A stretch of DNA of 45,919 nt from Octopus bimaculoides (GCF_001194135.2 NC_068986.1:8950233-8996151); one strand, 5' to 3'; shown: positions 11,434-24,563, counted from the stretch's first letter. Made by a program: numbers and translations. The notes: generated by a model not told the origin, from the sequence alone.

Positions 11434-11645
11434 TTTCTGCCTTAGGCACAAGGCCTGAAATTTGATGGGAGAAGGATAGTCGATTATATCGACCCCAGTG
11501 TTTCACTGGTATTTAATTTATCGACCCCGAAAGGGTAAAAAGTAAAGTCGACTTCGGCGGAATTTGAACTCAGAACGTAGCAGTAGACGAAATACCGCTA
11601 AGCATTTCGCCCGGCGTCCTAATGATTCTGTCAGTTCGCCGTCTT
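11434..11645 (-). mobile_element. Family A SINE, full length
   Basis: Head through tail present; shares an (AAC/AAT) tract with the preceding LINE tail. Confidence 0.9.
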
Positions 11646-12772
11646 AACATCATCATCAACAACAACAACAACAACAATAATAATAATGATATATAATACC
11701 CAACCTGTACTTGAGAGGATATCTATAACATTGTTTTTAAAGAAGCAAAATCTGCTTAGTTAGTCTGAATGTGAGCTCAGGTAGAGTGAAATTCTAAGCA
11801 TTCAGTTATAGACTGCATGTTTGTTAGTTGTGAAGTTTGAATTGAAACTTCGATACAGCAAGACTAAATACATTTTTCTATTTTAAATTTATTCTCCATT
11901 GCTGCAGGGTATTACTCACGTGACATGTTAGTTATTTGGAGCGAGCCATGCTTTACCGTTTCTAAGCAATCGAACCGACTGAATTTCCTTCTTTTCATGT
12001 TTCTTTGCCAACAAAAATATGTACAATATTTAAAATCACCTTAGAGCTATATTAATTCAGATATTTCTTTAAGCAACATTGCATAATAACGAAGAAGCAT
12101 ATAAAGTCGGCATCTTTCAACGAATATTTCGTCATTCTTCTTTCCTAACAAAAGACCCGCAATCTTTTCAGTATCGCCCGGGGGGGGTTTCTAATTTCCG
12201 GTTCCTGTAAATGTATTTCAATAAAGTTTACTTACTGAGATATCAGCTTTGTGTGAATAATAAAAAAAGACACCAACCAAAAACAAAAAAAACAAAATAA
12301 AGCAAAAAACAACAACGACATCACAGGAAGACGAATGCCTCAGGGTAGATACACGACTATCATACAAAGAGGCGTGGAAGTGTGAGAAAGAGAAGCGTGT
12401 AAAGTACAACCAAAGTGTTTTTCTTGGAGAGAAACGATGAAGAAAATCCATGACGAAGCGATACCATAGAATACCATTCCTCTCCGAGAACTGCACTGTT
12501 TATGCCACATAGAGTGCCTGAAGAGGAACTACGGTAGCCAACAATTGACTAAATTGGGGACATCATACGTAATATGTAATGTGCAAATATGTAAACTATG
12601 GTGGACCGATACAATCCGAACTCGTAATTGATGAAGTGGTCAGATATGCCATGTTTTTTATAGATAATGTATGGTCGGTTGTCAGTGATAGAATATATAA
12701 GGGTTTTGCGTTGTTTACATTTGTCATCAGGTCCATCAACTTCAGCTAAATGATTATCTGTCAACTACAGTT

Positions 12773-12816
<44 letters not shown>

Positions 12817-13339
12817 NNNNNNNNNNNNNNNNNNNNNNNNNNNNNNNNNNNNNNNNNNNNNNNNNNNNNNNNNNNNNNNNNNNNNNNNNNNNNNNNNNNN
12901 NNNNNNNNNNNNNNNNNNNNNNNNNNNNNNNNNNNNNNNNNNNNNNNNNNNNNNNNNNNNNNNNNNNNNNNNNNNNNNNNNNNNNNNNNNNNNNNNNNNN
13001 NNNNNNNNNNNNNNNNNNNNNNNNNNNNNNNNNNNNNNNNNNNNNNNNNNNNNNNNNNNNNNNNNNNNNNNNNNNNNNNNNNNNNNNNNNNNNNNNNNNN
13101 NNNNNNNNNNNNNNNNNNNNNNNNNNNNNNNNNNNNNNNNNNNNNNNNNNNNNNNNNNNNNNNNNNNNNNNNNNNNNNNNNNNNNNNNNNNNNNNNNNNN
13201 NNNNNNNNNNNNNNNNNNNNNNNNNNNNNNNNNNNNNNNNNNNNNNNNNNNNNNNNNNNNNNNNNNNNNNNNNNNNNNNNNNNNNGTTTCAAGTGTATCA
13301 AGGAGAAAAATATTCTCAACGTTAAGAAACTATAACCAA

Positions 13340-13560
13340 CAGGTTGAAAACAGTATTGATGATAATCCCAGAAAATCAATGAGATCCATTGCTAAAGAAC
13401 TTCAGCTGTCAGAGTGGACTATCAGAACTATGGTACAAGGATACTCGATACAAGTGGTATGTATTGATGAAAGGCCATTTCATGTCTGCAGAGACACAGG
13501 AAAAAGTCTTAGATCCATATCAAGCGGTTACTTAACAAGGTTAAAGACGCTTACGAACAT
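13340..13560 (+). mobile_element. Tc1/mariner-superfamily transposase remnant (HTH region, possibly DD37D/maT-like)
   Basis: IDDNPRKSMRSIAKELQLSEWTIRTMV, then frameshifted MKGHFMSAETQEK and IKRLLNKVK; second HTH and linker pattern; no TIRs or DDD domain visible, left side is a gap. Confidence 0.75.
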
Positions 13561-13956
13561 CGCATACTTTGGATCTTGTCTAATATACGTATAATATTAG
13601 AGGAAAAACCAAGGCAGAGCGAGTATCTCAAGTCATTTAGAATAATTTAATTAGGGTAAGGTGAATTTGAAGTCTTACATCTGCTTCTAGGATAACCCAA
13701 GTGGTAGGTTAGCATGTCCACGCACTGGGTATTCCGTCATCAGAGGCAAGGCATGAGTATTTTAGACGGGGAAAAGTTTACAGTTTATAGATTCACAGTT
13801 TATAAGGAATAAAATAGAAGAATAAAGAGTAAAAGTAGTTAGAAGAATAGAACAATGTTCACAACTCATCTCATTCCAGAGGATATGGATGTTGGTCGGT
13901 ACTTCTATGAGGGTACAGGTTCTTAGTTAAAATCCTAGGTAAATCCAGGCGGTATT

Positions 13957-14179
13957 TTAATCCCAGTTGTTATATGTAGGAGCCCTGGGTACCGTCAACA
14001 ACAGACTTAACATTTCCATTATTGAGATTGGTGTAATTACAGGAGTTGAATCGATTCAGAAATCCGCTCTATTGGGAACAGCAAGGATTGTAAGAAAGTT
14101 CCTTGATAGCAAAGGAAACTGGTTGTGACCCGGTATCTCGAACACTGATTTCGAATATAAAACATTTGTGCACGCCATG
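13957..14179 (+). mobile_element. R4/Dong-like LINE 3' end (second family)
   Basis: IPVV..VGALGTVNNRLNISIIEIGVITGVESIQKSALLGTARIVRKFL; short 3' UTR; followed by (AAT)n. Confidence 0.8.
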
Positions 14180-14216
14180 AATAATAACAACAACAATACT
14201 AATAATAATAGTAGTA

Positions 14217-14289
<73 letters not shown>

Positions 14290-14323
14290 TAATAATAATA
14301 ATGATAATACCAACAGTTTGTTG

Positions 14324-14371
<48 letters not shown>

Positions 14372-14390
14372 GAAGAAGAAGAAGAAGAAA
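14180..14390. repeat. (AAT)n / inverted (ATT)n / (GAA)n compound array with central fold-back
   Basis: Array polarity reverses around ATAATACCAACA-GTT-TGTTGGTATTAT. Confidence 0.95.
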
Positions 14391-14707
14391 GGCGAAAAGA
14401 TAGATAAATACAACCGTCTTAAGTACGAAATAACTCGACGATAGAAAGTGAAGGTGAAGACAGTGCCAATTATTGTTGGGTCCTTGGGAACAATATCAGA
14501 AGGCATCAAGAGGAATATAAAGGAAATTGGAACAGAGTGCCCAGTAGAACTGTTACAAAAGGTTTGCCTCCTTGCCATGGCCAGAATAATCAGGAAAGTA
14601 TTAGATTGCTGAAAAGAATGGATAGCATGGTACTTTAGGATGCAGGTAGTAAGTCCGCTACGTATGTAAGACTCCAGGAGCGCCAACAAAACCTGTGATG
14701 AAGAGAA
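14385..14707 (+). mobile_element. R4/Dong-like LINE 3' end (third family)
   Basis: EKIDKYNRLKYEITRR*KVKVKTVPIIVGSLGTISEGIKRNIKEIGTECPVELLQKVCLLAMARIIRKVLDC*; distinct 3' UTR; (AAT)n tail 14708-14790. Confidence 0.88.
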
Positions 14708-14715
14708 ATAATAAC

Positions 14716-14771
<56 letters not shown>

Positions 14772-15049
14772 TAATAGTAGTAGTAGTAGTTGAGACAAGC
14801 GTAGATACATAGGATAGTAATCACCATGAAAGCGATCAAACGAGTAGCGCTTATGAGCAATCACTGGAGGCTGTACAATCGCAAGAAGTAATCTAGATAT
14901 TACAAAAGAAACAATTAGAGGACTCTGCACCTTGAAAAGATCTCAAAATTCTGTTTAAAATATTTAAGGAGGATACATGAGGTGTTAGAAGTTTTATATG
15001 AAAACGATGGATTTGGAGAAAAGACCTGAATGGTTTAGTGAGGATAAAT

Positions 15050-16970
15050 CCATCTTCATATCCACAACTTATGGATCGAGAAATCCTAAATACTTTAGGC
15101 TATAACATACGTGGCATACCTTACAAGGCCTTAAATGCAAAAAATATCGCAGCAGAGAAATAAAGACCCAGAAAAAATATCCAGTTTGTCTCCAAAAGCT
15201 TATGTGAGAACAATTGTTGATTATTAAAGACATAACCGAAGATAGTAGAAGAAGACTAGTTTGGGTATGGTGTGCATTGGCCACGAGAGGTCTTTTGATA
15301 GTCTTCTTCACATAGTAATATTGGGTATATGAGTAATAAATGAAGTGGTGACAATAATAAGGTGATATATTTAACACGTCATGAGAAAATGGTAAACAAT
15401 TTTGCAGATGCAGTCAAGAAAGAAGAATATTCCAAGACAGTTCTCCCACTTTACCTCGTTTAATGTGAGTGAAGGCGAATATAAAACTGTAGAAGGACCA
15501 CCCATCATCTGTTGTATATGGACAACATAAAGTTGTATGCTGCAGTTGATAAATAACTAAAAACACCGCTACAGACAGTGCACAGATTACACAGATTACA
15601 ATTGATATTAAATTCAGATTAGGAAATTGTACCAAAGTAACCACGAAGAGAGGAAAATTCATTAAAATCACTGTCTTGTTAAATAAAGAAACTGAAATTA
15701 GAGAAATAGACCAACCACATATTTACAAACACTTAAGGAGTAAAAAGGATATAAAAAACAACCTGACTGAATATAACATACAAAAATGAAGAAAGAAGAT
15801 TTCAGATGTATTAGATTATTTCTTAAACCAGAGGTAGATGAAAAGAAAAAAAAAGAAAAGATAATATGTATCAATAATTTAGCTGTAATAATATTCTAAA
15901 CTAGGTACTAAATGAATTAGAAAAAATAGAAAGAAAAAATGACTGTATTAAAAATAAACAATATAAATGGCAGGAAGATAATATTTATGGTGAATACCAA
16001 GAAGTTTTATGCAATGAGAAAACTATTATAACGCATCCGCTGTAGAACGAGATAAATTACTAGTTAAGCATAAAAGAAAAACTAATGGGAATAACTACAA
16101 AGCACGCACCAAACATTAAAAAAAAAAAGCAAACTGTTTTCTGTCTTTTTTTGAAAACCAACAGATACAGAGAATTATGGGTGATGGAGAAAAATTGACA
16201 AAATAACGAAATTGTGATAAAGCAGCTGAAAACTAAACTAAAAAAAGTGAATGAAGAATGTGAAGCAAAAAGTATGAAAAAAAAAACTCTCTGTGGAAAA
16301 TAGTGAAAATGAACGAGGTAGAAATAGAGAAAAGTGGCAGCACAGGGGTGGGGGGGGGGAATGCAGGAATTAAAACTGAGATTGAAAGATTCTTGATTAC
16401 AGAATGAAAACTTTCACTCCAGAAATTACCAAAAAGCTTTGAATTAAGGCGAATAAATAATTGCAAGTTATGTAGAAATGAGGAAGAACTAATAAGCTAG
16501 ATTAACTGTGACTGCCTAGTCTTAGGTGAGAAAGAGAGAGAGAGAGAGAGAGATGGAGAGGCATTGGAACTTATGTCATTATTAAGAGATATGAAACACA
16601 GGAAAGGCTTAGGCATCAGGGCAATCACAAATCTGTAATTTTATACAATAAAGAAGCCTTAAGGTAAATCCCAACGGATTTATTTGTTAAACAGCACCAA
16701 AAATTAAAATGCTTTCTATTGGAAATGCTTTCTATTGTGGCATCTCTTAGAAAAAAATAGAGACATTATCCAAATAAAGAGATCTAGAAGTCGAGATAAC
16801 CAGAATGTGGGTATAAGAATTGGAAAGGATACTAATAACAAGTAGCAAGGCAATGATTAAAATCAAAGAAAATTATGCAAAGCTTCAGGACCTACAGATG
16901 GGCCCAGCACACAGATAATAGCAGCACCGGGCACGGCGAACACATACAGGGGCTGAAAAAGTAGGTGTAC
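15050..16970 (+). mobile_element. Old, heavily decayed R4/Dong-like LINE spanning RT to RLE
   Basis: Colinear motifs: EQLLIIKD-like (~15205), MVCIGHERSFDSLLH (cf. MAWIDYxKAFDSVPH), HHLLYMDNIKLYA (YMDD, ~15505), RLGNCTKVTTKRGK, IYKHL (YKYLG), KWQEDNIYGEY (W..K.LHG.Y), LSK*RDLEVEITRMW (~16770); many stops and frameshifts. Confidence 0.8.
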
Positions 16971-17174
16971 AATTATGGAAAAAAGAAAACAGGTACAATA
17001 CTCATTTATTTTTATCAAAAAAATTAAACGTTACTATAATCAAAAGTTACTATATCTATGATGTTATTTATTATATCATAGTTATAAAAGGTGGCGAGCT
17101 GGCAGAAACGTTAGTTGTGTCCGACGCACCTGCGATTCTGCCAGCGCTCCCCCTTTATCAACAACAACTATATT

Positions 17175-17393
17175 CCTTTCTACTCTAGGCAGAAGGCCTG
17201 AAATCTTGGGGAAGGAGTTAAGTCGGTTACATCGACCCCAGTACTCAACTGGTACTTATTTCATCGACCCCGAAAGGATGAAAGGCAAAGTCGATCTCAG
17301 CAGCATTTGAACACAGAACGTAATGAATGGCGGACGAAAGGTAGCTAAAGTAATTTGCCAGACGCCATAACGATTTTGCCAGTTCGGCGCCTT
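17175..17393 (-). mobile_element. Family A SINE, full length
   Basis: Head-to-tail match. Confidence 0.9.
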
Positions 17394-17399
17394 AACGGC

Positions 17400-17475
17400 G
17401 ACGACGACGACAGCAACAACAGTAGTAGTAGTTGTTGCAGTAGCAGCAACAACAGCAGCAGCTGAGAAACAGCAT

Positions 17476-17506
<31 letters not shown>

Positions 17507-17606
17507 AGCAGTAATAGTAGTTGTTGTTGTAGCAGCAGGAGCAACAGCAAAGAAACAGCAGCAGCAGCAGCAGCAGTATTAGTAGTAATAATAATAATAA
17601 TAATAA

Positions 17607-17646
<40 letters not shown>

Positions 17647-17665
17647 TGTAGCAGCAGTAGCAAGA
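17400..17665. repeat. Compound trinucleotide microsatellite (CAG/CAA/TAG/TTG/CAT/AAT)
   Basis: Directly visible. Confidence 0.95.
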
Positions 17666-18381
17666 ACAACACTAGTAGATTACAAACTCATCGACAACTA
17701 TTTATCATTTATTGATTTGCTTCAATTGGTTCGATATCAATAGATGAGTCGAACACATTTTATTGAATCGAAAGGAACGGTAACGAAGTTTAGTCCTCAG
17801 AAGGAGTTGAAGTAGAAATATGTAAAGCTAAGAGTCTTCAATTCTCTACAGTCTGCTCCAATGAATCCCTTCCATCCTACATCTGCTGCTCTACCCAAAC
17901 TCCCAACCGCTGTCTCCTTCAATTTGTTAACACATATTCACCATCGCCTTTATCTGCTTCATACCGTGCATTTCTCATAATATCCCTTATTTTATATGTA
18001 TCTAAGCCAAAGTCACACGGCCAACAACTGTTCAGCTACGTTGTAGCTGCTTCGATGCATTTCTAGCTGTCAACACCTTTCATGATATAACTTCACTATT
18101 TTAACAGCTACTTAGGCTTCACCTGTTTCTGAAATGTCTACAACAGAGATGCTAGCACTTAACACAGAATGAATATGTCACGATTTCGTTTAAAATCTCA
18201 CCTGAGACTGCAGCTTTGCTCTCTAGCAGGTCTGCTGTTTATAAGACAGTTGATAGTAGTTAAAGAAGATCAATGAGTTCTGACGTTTCATGTTTGGAAC
18301 CTCAAGGTTATGGATTCACAATTACAATGGTAGGATATCATGGAAACTTATTTAAACTTCAAACTCACGCACACGCACGCA

Positions 18382-18513
<132 letters not shown>

Positions 18514-19065
18514 CAATTCAATATGAATGAACATACGCTAAAAAATAGATAAAAGAGAAACCAATTTCTGAATGTGTAGAATTGAATAAAAATAATTTTA
18601 TGGAGCTGCACGTACGCGCACATACGCACACATACGCACACATACGCATACATACATACGTACAGACACATACGAATGCATACACTCACGTACACATGTA
18701 CATAGAGACATCCATAGACATAAAGACACTCCTACGCATGCTTGTAATTTGTAATGGAGATGAGCAAAAGTACTCGATACGTAATGTAGAGTATAGTTAT
18801 ATTTACTTGGCTGAAGCCGAACGCCCTTCTTAAACGTCTCATTTATACACCCATTTAAAGGGCAGTACAGAAGACTGTAAAAATTGTCCCTTTGTCCAAA
18901 GAATTTTCAAGGATTCACTTTTTCATTGGCTAAGACACGTGAATCGCTTATAAGGGGCAGCAGCTTTCTCCAGAAACGAAGCAATATTCATTCAAGGAGA
19001 CAGTTTTCAGAATTAGAAAATCACAAAAACTATAATTACTAACAAACATAAGCAAAATTGATAAT

Positions 19066-19102
<37 letters not shown>

Positions 19103-19178
19103 ATAATTATGCAGTACCAGGTAGTGGTTCTTATAGCTTCTGCTCTTAACTGATTGAAAATGCTATCATGTTTTGTTT

Positions 19179-19306
19179 TGGTGTAAAAGATGGGTGACGG
19201 CAAATATTCTGCACAATACCACAGATTTGCTTGCCAATTGCTTGATCTTAACAAGATGAATATGCCCCTTGGTGGCTGACGATATATGCGCCTCTGATTA
19301 CGAGCA
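19179..19306. mobile_element. Family D repeat, partial diverged copy
   Basis: TGGTGTAAAAGATG...GTGGCTGACGATATATGCGCCTCTGATTACGAGCA aligns with 10209-10335. Confidence 0.65.
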
Positions 19307-19439
19307 CTACGGCTTGTAGTAGACGCGACTTTCCTAACTTACAGGCGATGCTAGAACTTTTTCCGCCTTCATCTCATACATACATACATACATACATACA
19401 TACATAGCAGGCAGATAGTATGTGAATCAACGGCTTGTT

Positions 19440-20605
19440 TATCCCTCCTATCTCTGATGAGAGCTACAAGTATCTAGGAATCGATGGGAAGGTTGCATAG
19501 GTCGGTGTTGTGATTAAAACCAGAATAACAAAATGGTACTTCTGTAGATTCAGAAAAATATAGACCTCAGTGCTGTCTGCATTTCACAAGACCATATCTC
19601 ATAGTGCTTTTGCAGCACCAGTGCTATTACCAACATTTAGGATATTGGACTGGACACTCGATGAGATTCTCAGCCTGAACATCAAGACCAGAAAGGTACT
19701 GACCACCACTGGTAACTTCCACATTAACAGTGACACCGACAGGATTTATGTGAGATGAAGTGATGGCGGCAGAAACATAAGGTCAGTCCAAACAGCCTTT
19801 GAAAGTCGCATTGTATCACTCAGACAACACCTGCTAAACAGTTAAGAAAGAAATGAGTACATTCCATGCATGCTCAAAAGTGAGAACAATAACATCTTCA
19901 GAGTTGGAGTTGGAAGTACTCTGAGAATACAACTGTCTCATGTGACCCAAAGGAGGCTGGGCTGGCTTACCTAAACAGAAGCTTGGAAGAGAAGCAGGAA
20001 TCATACCAGAAAAAAGCAATGGGTACATATTCCGTAAGCTAGAGGCAACAACAACATTAGCAGGAAGAGTAGCTTCTCCTGGACCTGCGATAGATACATT
20101 ACATCCCACTTAGAAGGATATGCCTTCGCTGTCCAGGATCGGGAGATAGTTACTAAATACCCGATAAACAAGAGGGATAAAGATACCACCAATCCTTCAC
20201 GTTGTGATTAAAAAAGTCGACTCTACTAGACCAGTATGGAAGATATCACCCACATCATCAGTAGCTGCGGTGAAATGTCTACAAGATACTACCTACCCCT
20301 GAAGCGTGATATGGTTGCAAGGACCATTTATAATGCTATCCACAGGAAGGACAGCTCTGACATATACATCAAAGGCATGTCAGAACCAGCTGGTATTCAC
20401 ACCTTTCAAAAACTAGGAATACTCCAATAAAAACATCAATTCGGTGCAAATATAACAGACATGATATTGTTCCATGGGACAAGGAACAAAAGTCATGCAC
20501 TGTTGTAGTGGTCAGCTGCCCAGCGGATGTGAATGTACAATAAAACGTACAGGAAAAAGAGAACATTTATGGCGAATTAATATGGAACTTACAGCTCTTG
20601 TTTTG
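19440..20605 (+). mobile_element. R4/Dong-like LINE, decayed RT-thumb to RLE segment (another family)
   Basis: ESYKYLGI, AFAAPVLLPTF, IKTRKVLTTTGNFHINSDTDRIYVR*SDGGR, EGYAFAVQDREIVTKY, EDITHIISSCGEMSTRYY (CCHC), YNRHDIVPWDKEQKSCTVVVVSCP (RLE). Confidence 0.88.
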
Positions 20606-21559
20606 TTATATACCAACAAATTTGCACAAAAACTAGAAATACTCAGTTTTATTGAAAAAAAAAGCAAAAGAAACTGACCAATCTATTGATGATTTATAAG
20701 ACATTTAGCTTTTTTTTTCATTAGATTCTGAGTTCTTACCACAACAAGTTTACTTTTGTTTTCATTCCCTTGTGGGTCTTAAAGTTTGTTCCTGCAAGGC
20801 ACCGAATCAATTCATTCTGTGATACTTCTTTTCTAGAAACTTATATTTAGAAAACCTCTTTGAGAAGTTGGCTAGAATTTCATAATTAGAAACCCCACCC
20901 AAACAAGAAACAATCTGTTTCAGTAAAGCAACACAAACACAACTGGAACTGTGAGATCCTTTCATTAAAATTCTTTACACGAAGCTTGTAAACCATGAAA
21001 TGTTCTGAAAATTGATCTTGTTATTTTTTTACGTTAGACCAAGAAATTGTGCGAGAAATAATTCTTATAAAAGGACTCAATCCTTGCTCTGTAGAATATG
21101 CCAAGATATAAATCTTAGTTTTATTTATTCTGTATTTATTTCACACTACTTTAACACTAATATTTATTAACAACGTAATGCTATAACTTATATACAAATA
21201 ACGTTTGATAGTAATACATAATCCGTACAGTTTGATCTCCATCTACGTAGCATCGCTATATTCAATTAATTCTCATATTGCGGCAGTAATATTTCGACAT
21301 TTTATATTGCTAATATTTCCATACTTTCCCACAACACTTAACAATAATTCTAAGAATAATAAATTCCAGTTCTTTGCACTTGTTCCATTTTAGAACCTAA
21401 TTGTTTTTACTTCTCAAACTGTGCCAAATAAAGAAATTTAGCATGAATTCTTTGCAAATATCATTAATATTTCTGTGAAATGCTTAGCATATTTTCATAG
21501 ATATCACTATATTTCCCTGGAGAGTGTATCGATATCAATGCAAATTTGCAGGAAATAAT

Positions 21560-22480
21560 TACATTTAGATTATTCTTTTCCAGCGTTGTCTTCACTTTTT
21601 AAATATGTTATGTCATTCGCTAGAATCATTTGAATAAAAAGTACTTATTTCACGGAGAAATATTCAACGGCACCGTATTAGTGGTTCTTTGCGATGCATA
21701 ATTTATAATGCTGTTATTTACTTGGCTCAATATTTCCAGCGAAATATTGAAATTTTCTTCCCCAAGTCATTCCTAATTTCAGATGACAAAAATGATTCTA
21801 GTTTTTGAAATGCATTAAGAATAATTTCCTTTTTCAGATCAGGAATATGTTTCTTTTTTCTGAATGCTTCTTAAACATTATTATGTTTCACTTTCTGAAT
21901 CTCATATCGGGAATTGAAAAATATCGGCAGAGAGTAATAATCATTAAATGAGAACTAGTTTAAGCACTCAAATATTTTGTGCTGAGGTTATTTCTATTAA
22001 AGACAACTTCCGCAAGAAGCTCTGTCTTCTCATTTATGTTGTTAAACCCTTCTAATGACTTTTTAACGTTCTTAAATTTTGATTATTCTTAACACAACCA
22101 CTTTGTCATTTACTTGCTTTTTTAATCAAAAGGAACTCTTTGAAGTTGATTTCATTCAAATCATTTCATATTAAAATTGCCATTCACATCGTCAACATTA
22201 AAATGTGGTGACGACTACAATTTCAAAATCCCAATGCCACTTGCATTAAAATCTTTTCGAATTCTTGTATGGAAGGTCAACGTATCAAAGATTTCAGGTT
22301 ATTAAAATCATAAAATTCCCTTTGTTTCACAATTCCAATGAAGAACACAGAAAAATCAAATAAGAATTTCATTTCTTTCCGAACGGAAATTCAGTTTAGA
22401 GCCTTGGTGATGGAACATTAAATACATAAAATAATGTTTCAACCTCTGTCCTTCGAGCAAAGATACTTCAAAATGTGTAA
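21560..22480 (-). mobile_element. Possible ancient hAT-type transposase remnant
   Basis: Short minus-strand peptides HFEVSLLEGQRLKHYF, ERNEILI, LEILSQVNNS, QMILANDITYL loosely resemble HTEVRWLSRGxVLxRFF / LRNEIxxF / DIFxxLNxLN; weak and frameshifted. Confidence 0.3.
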
Positions 22481-22859
22481 TTGTTCTCTCAAGAAACCAG
22501 AAATCCATTTCTTTTTAATACTGCTATAGCAATCAGTTAATAAAAATTACGATATTGTTGAAATAGTTATGTTGCACAGTATGTTGTAATGTCCTTGACA
22601 ATTATAAGTTCAAATCTCACAGAGATTGATGTTTCCTTTCATCCAGGAGTTTGATTCAAACGTTATAACCCTCAGTTACATTTGTTAGTCTTTAAAAAAA
22701 AGATAGAATCAATATTAACACAACGCCATGCTTCCTATTTTCTTTTCTTCCATCAATTCCTGATTAGCGGGAAAATTATAAACTCTGTTATTCATCACAG
22801 TTGAAGAAATAATAAAATTCAATTATAAACATCGTTTGTCTTTTGTTTGCTTCAATCAT

Positions 22860-23206
22860 TAGAGTGCTGCCATGCTGAGGCAACGCATTGGAGAAATTTT
22901 AGTCGAACGAATTTACTTTTTAAGTATTTAATCTTTAAGCCTAGTACTTATTCTATCGGTCACTTTTGCTGAACCGCTAGATAACGATATGTAAAATACC
23001 AACATCGGTTGTCAAGCAGCGATGGAGGAAAAAACACATGCACACACACGTATATACACATACACACAACAGGCTTCTTTCAGTTTCCGTTGACCGTATC
23101 CACTCACAAGAGACTATCGCGGAAAACCAAGGAGCCAAGCAGTGGGACAGAACCTGGAACCATGTGGTTGGGTAGCAAACTTCTTACAACGTATCCACGC
23201 CTGCGC
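22860..23206 (-). mobile_element. Family B composite SINE, diverged
   Basis: tRNA-like head, core, internal (TG)n and 3' module all present. Confidence 0.85.
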
Positions 23207-23594
23207 TCATTCATATTAATTTATATACATCTATATATTCATAATAATGATTATATATATGTATCTACATGTATCTACACACGCATACACGGTTTTCATG
23301 TTCTTATATCTTACTTCATTTACATTTTATATCTTATCATTTCTATTATATCTTTTTACTGTTTCTTATTTTTTATTATTTGTATTTTTGATATAAACAT
23401 GTACCCCATCCAAGTCTTATAAATCACTGTAAGCACGATTTCGTCTCTCGGACGTAAAGTACTGACAACTGAAAATTTTTATCTTCTACAAATAATTTTT
23501 ATTACTCCTTAGCTCATAAACGAGCACATAAAAAAAACCAGTTGTACTATACACGGAGTACTGTCTCCCTTAAAAATTCTTTTATATGTATATT

Positions 23595-23810
23595 TGTGTG
23601 TCTGTGTTTGTCCCCCACCCTGCCCAACATCGTTTGACAACCGATGTTGGTGTGTTTATGTCCCCGTAACTTAGCGGTTCGGCAAAAGAAACCGATAGAA
23701 TAAGTACTAAGCTTACAAAGAATAAGTCCTGGGGTCAATTTGTTCGACTAAAACCCCTTAAGGTGGTGCTCCAGCATGACCGCAGTCAAATGACTGGAAT
23801 AAAAGAATAA
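23595..23810 (+). mobile_element. Family B SINE 3' half
   Basis: Post-microsatellite module ending GCAGTCAAATGACTGGAATAAAAGAATAA. Confidence 0.88.
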
Positions 23811-23874
23811 TCTATATTGAGTGGTTTTTCTCGTCTTTATAAACCACAAACAAACACACACACACACACACAGG

Positions 23875-23907
<33 letters not shown>

Positions 23908-24269
23908 AAAGCTTAAGTAATTGAGTAAGAGTCAAGTGGAACGTTGAAAGCAAACAAAAACAACAAATGGGAAAAGGAGAAAAGAAAGGAAGGAGGAGAA
24001 AGTAGGGACATGGGCGAGAGAGAGAGAAAGAAACACTAAATAGAGAAGAGAGCGAGAGAGAGAGGGCGGAGGTTTGAGCGAAGAAGAAAGAAAAGAAAAA
24101 AGGGTGGAAGGGGAGAATGAAGACGAAAAGGAGTCGGAGAAACCGATTAAGATGAAAAAGTTGATAACGATCCAAAAGAAGAGGTTAATGAAAATGGCGG
24201 TGATGGCGGATATTGAAAAGACGAAAAAGACAACTGTATAGAGTTGATTAAAAACCTACAGCAGATTTA

Positions 24270-24563
24270 TGTAAGTTTGCTTCCCAACCACATGATCCTG
24301 AGTTCAGTTCCACTGCGTGGTACCTTGAGCAAGCGTCTTCCTCGGGCCAACCAAAGCCTTGTGAGTGGATTTGGAAGACAGAAACTGAAAAAAGCCCGTC
24401 GTATATGTGTGTGTCCCACCGTTTGACAACTGATGTTGCTGTGTTTACATCCCCTTAATCTAGTGGTTCGGCAAAAAGGGCCGATAGAATAAGCACTAGG
24501 CTTTAAAAGAAAAAAAATGTACTCGAGTCGATTCGTTCTACAAGGTGGTGTTCCAACATGGCC
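24270..24563 (+). mobile_element. Family B SINE
   Basis: B-box GAGTTCAGTTCC, core ACCTTGAGCAAG, 3' module. Confidence 0.85.

Noticed and set aside
12518-12550. Hammerhead-like CTGAAGAGG...CC
   Set aside because: The GAAA strand is missing and no stem I pairing exists
14056-14930. Poly-L, poly-N and poly-Y ORFs, and the HT/CV repeat ORFs elsewhere (e.g. 18273, 43435)
   Set aside because: Translations of (AAT)n and (CA)n microsatellites
17400-17665. Possible poly-Gln/Ser coding exon
   Set aside because: Mixed triplets include TAG/TAA runs, no splice signals or flanking coding sequence; it abuts a SINE
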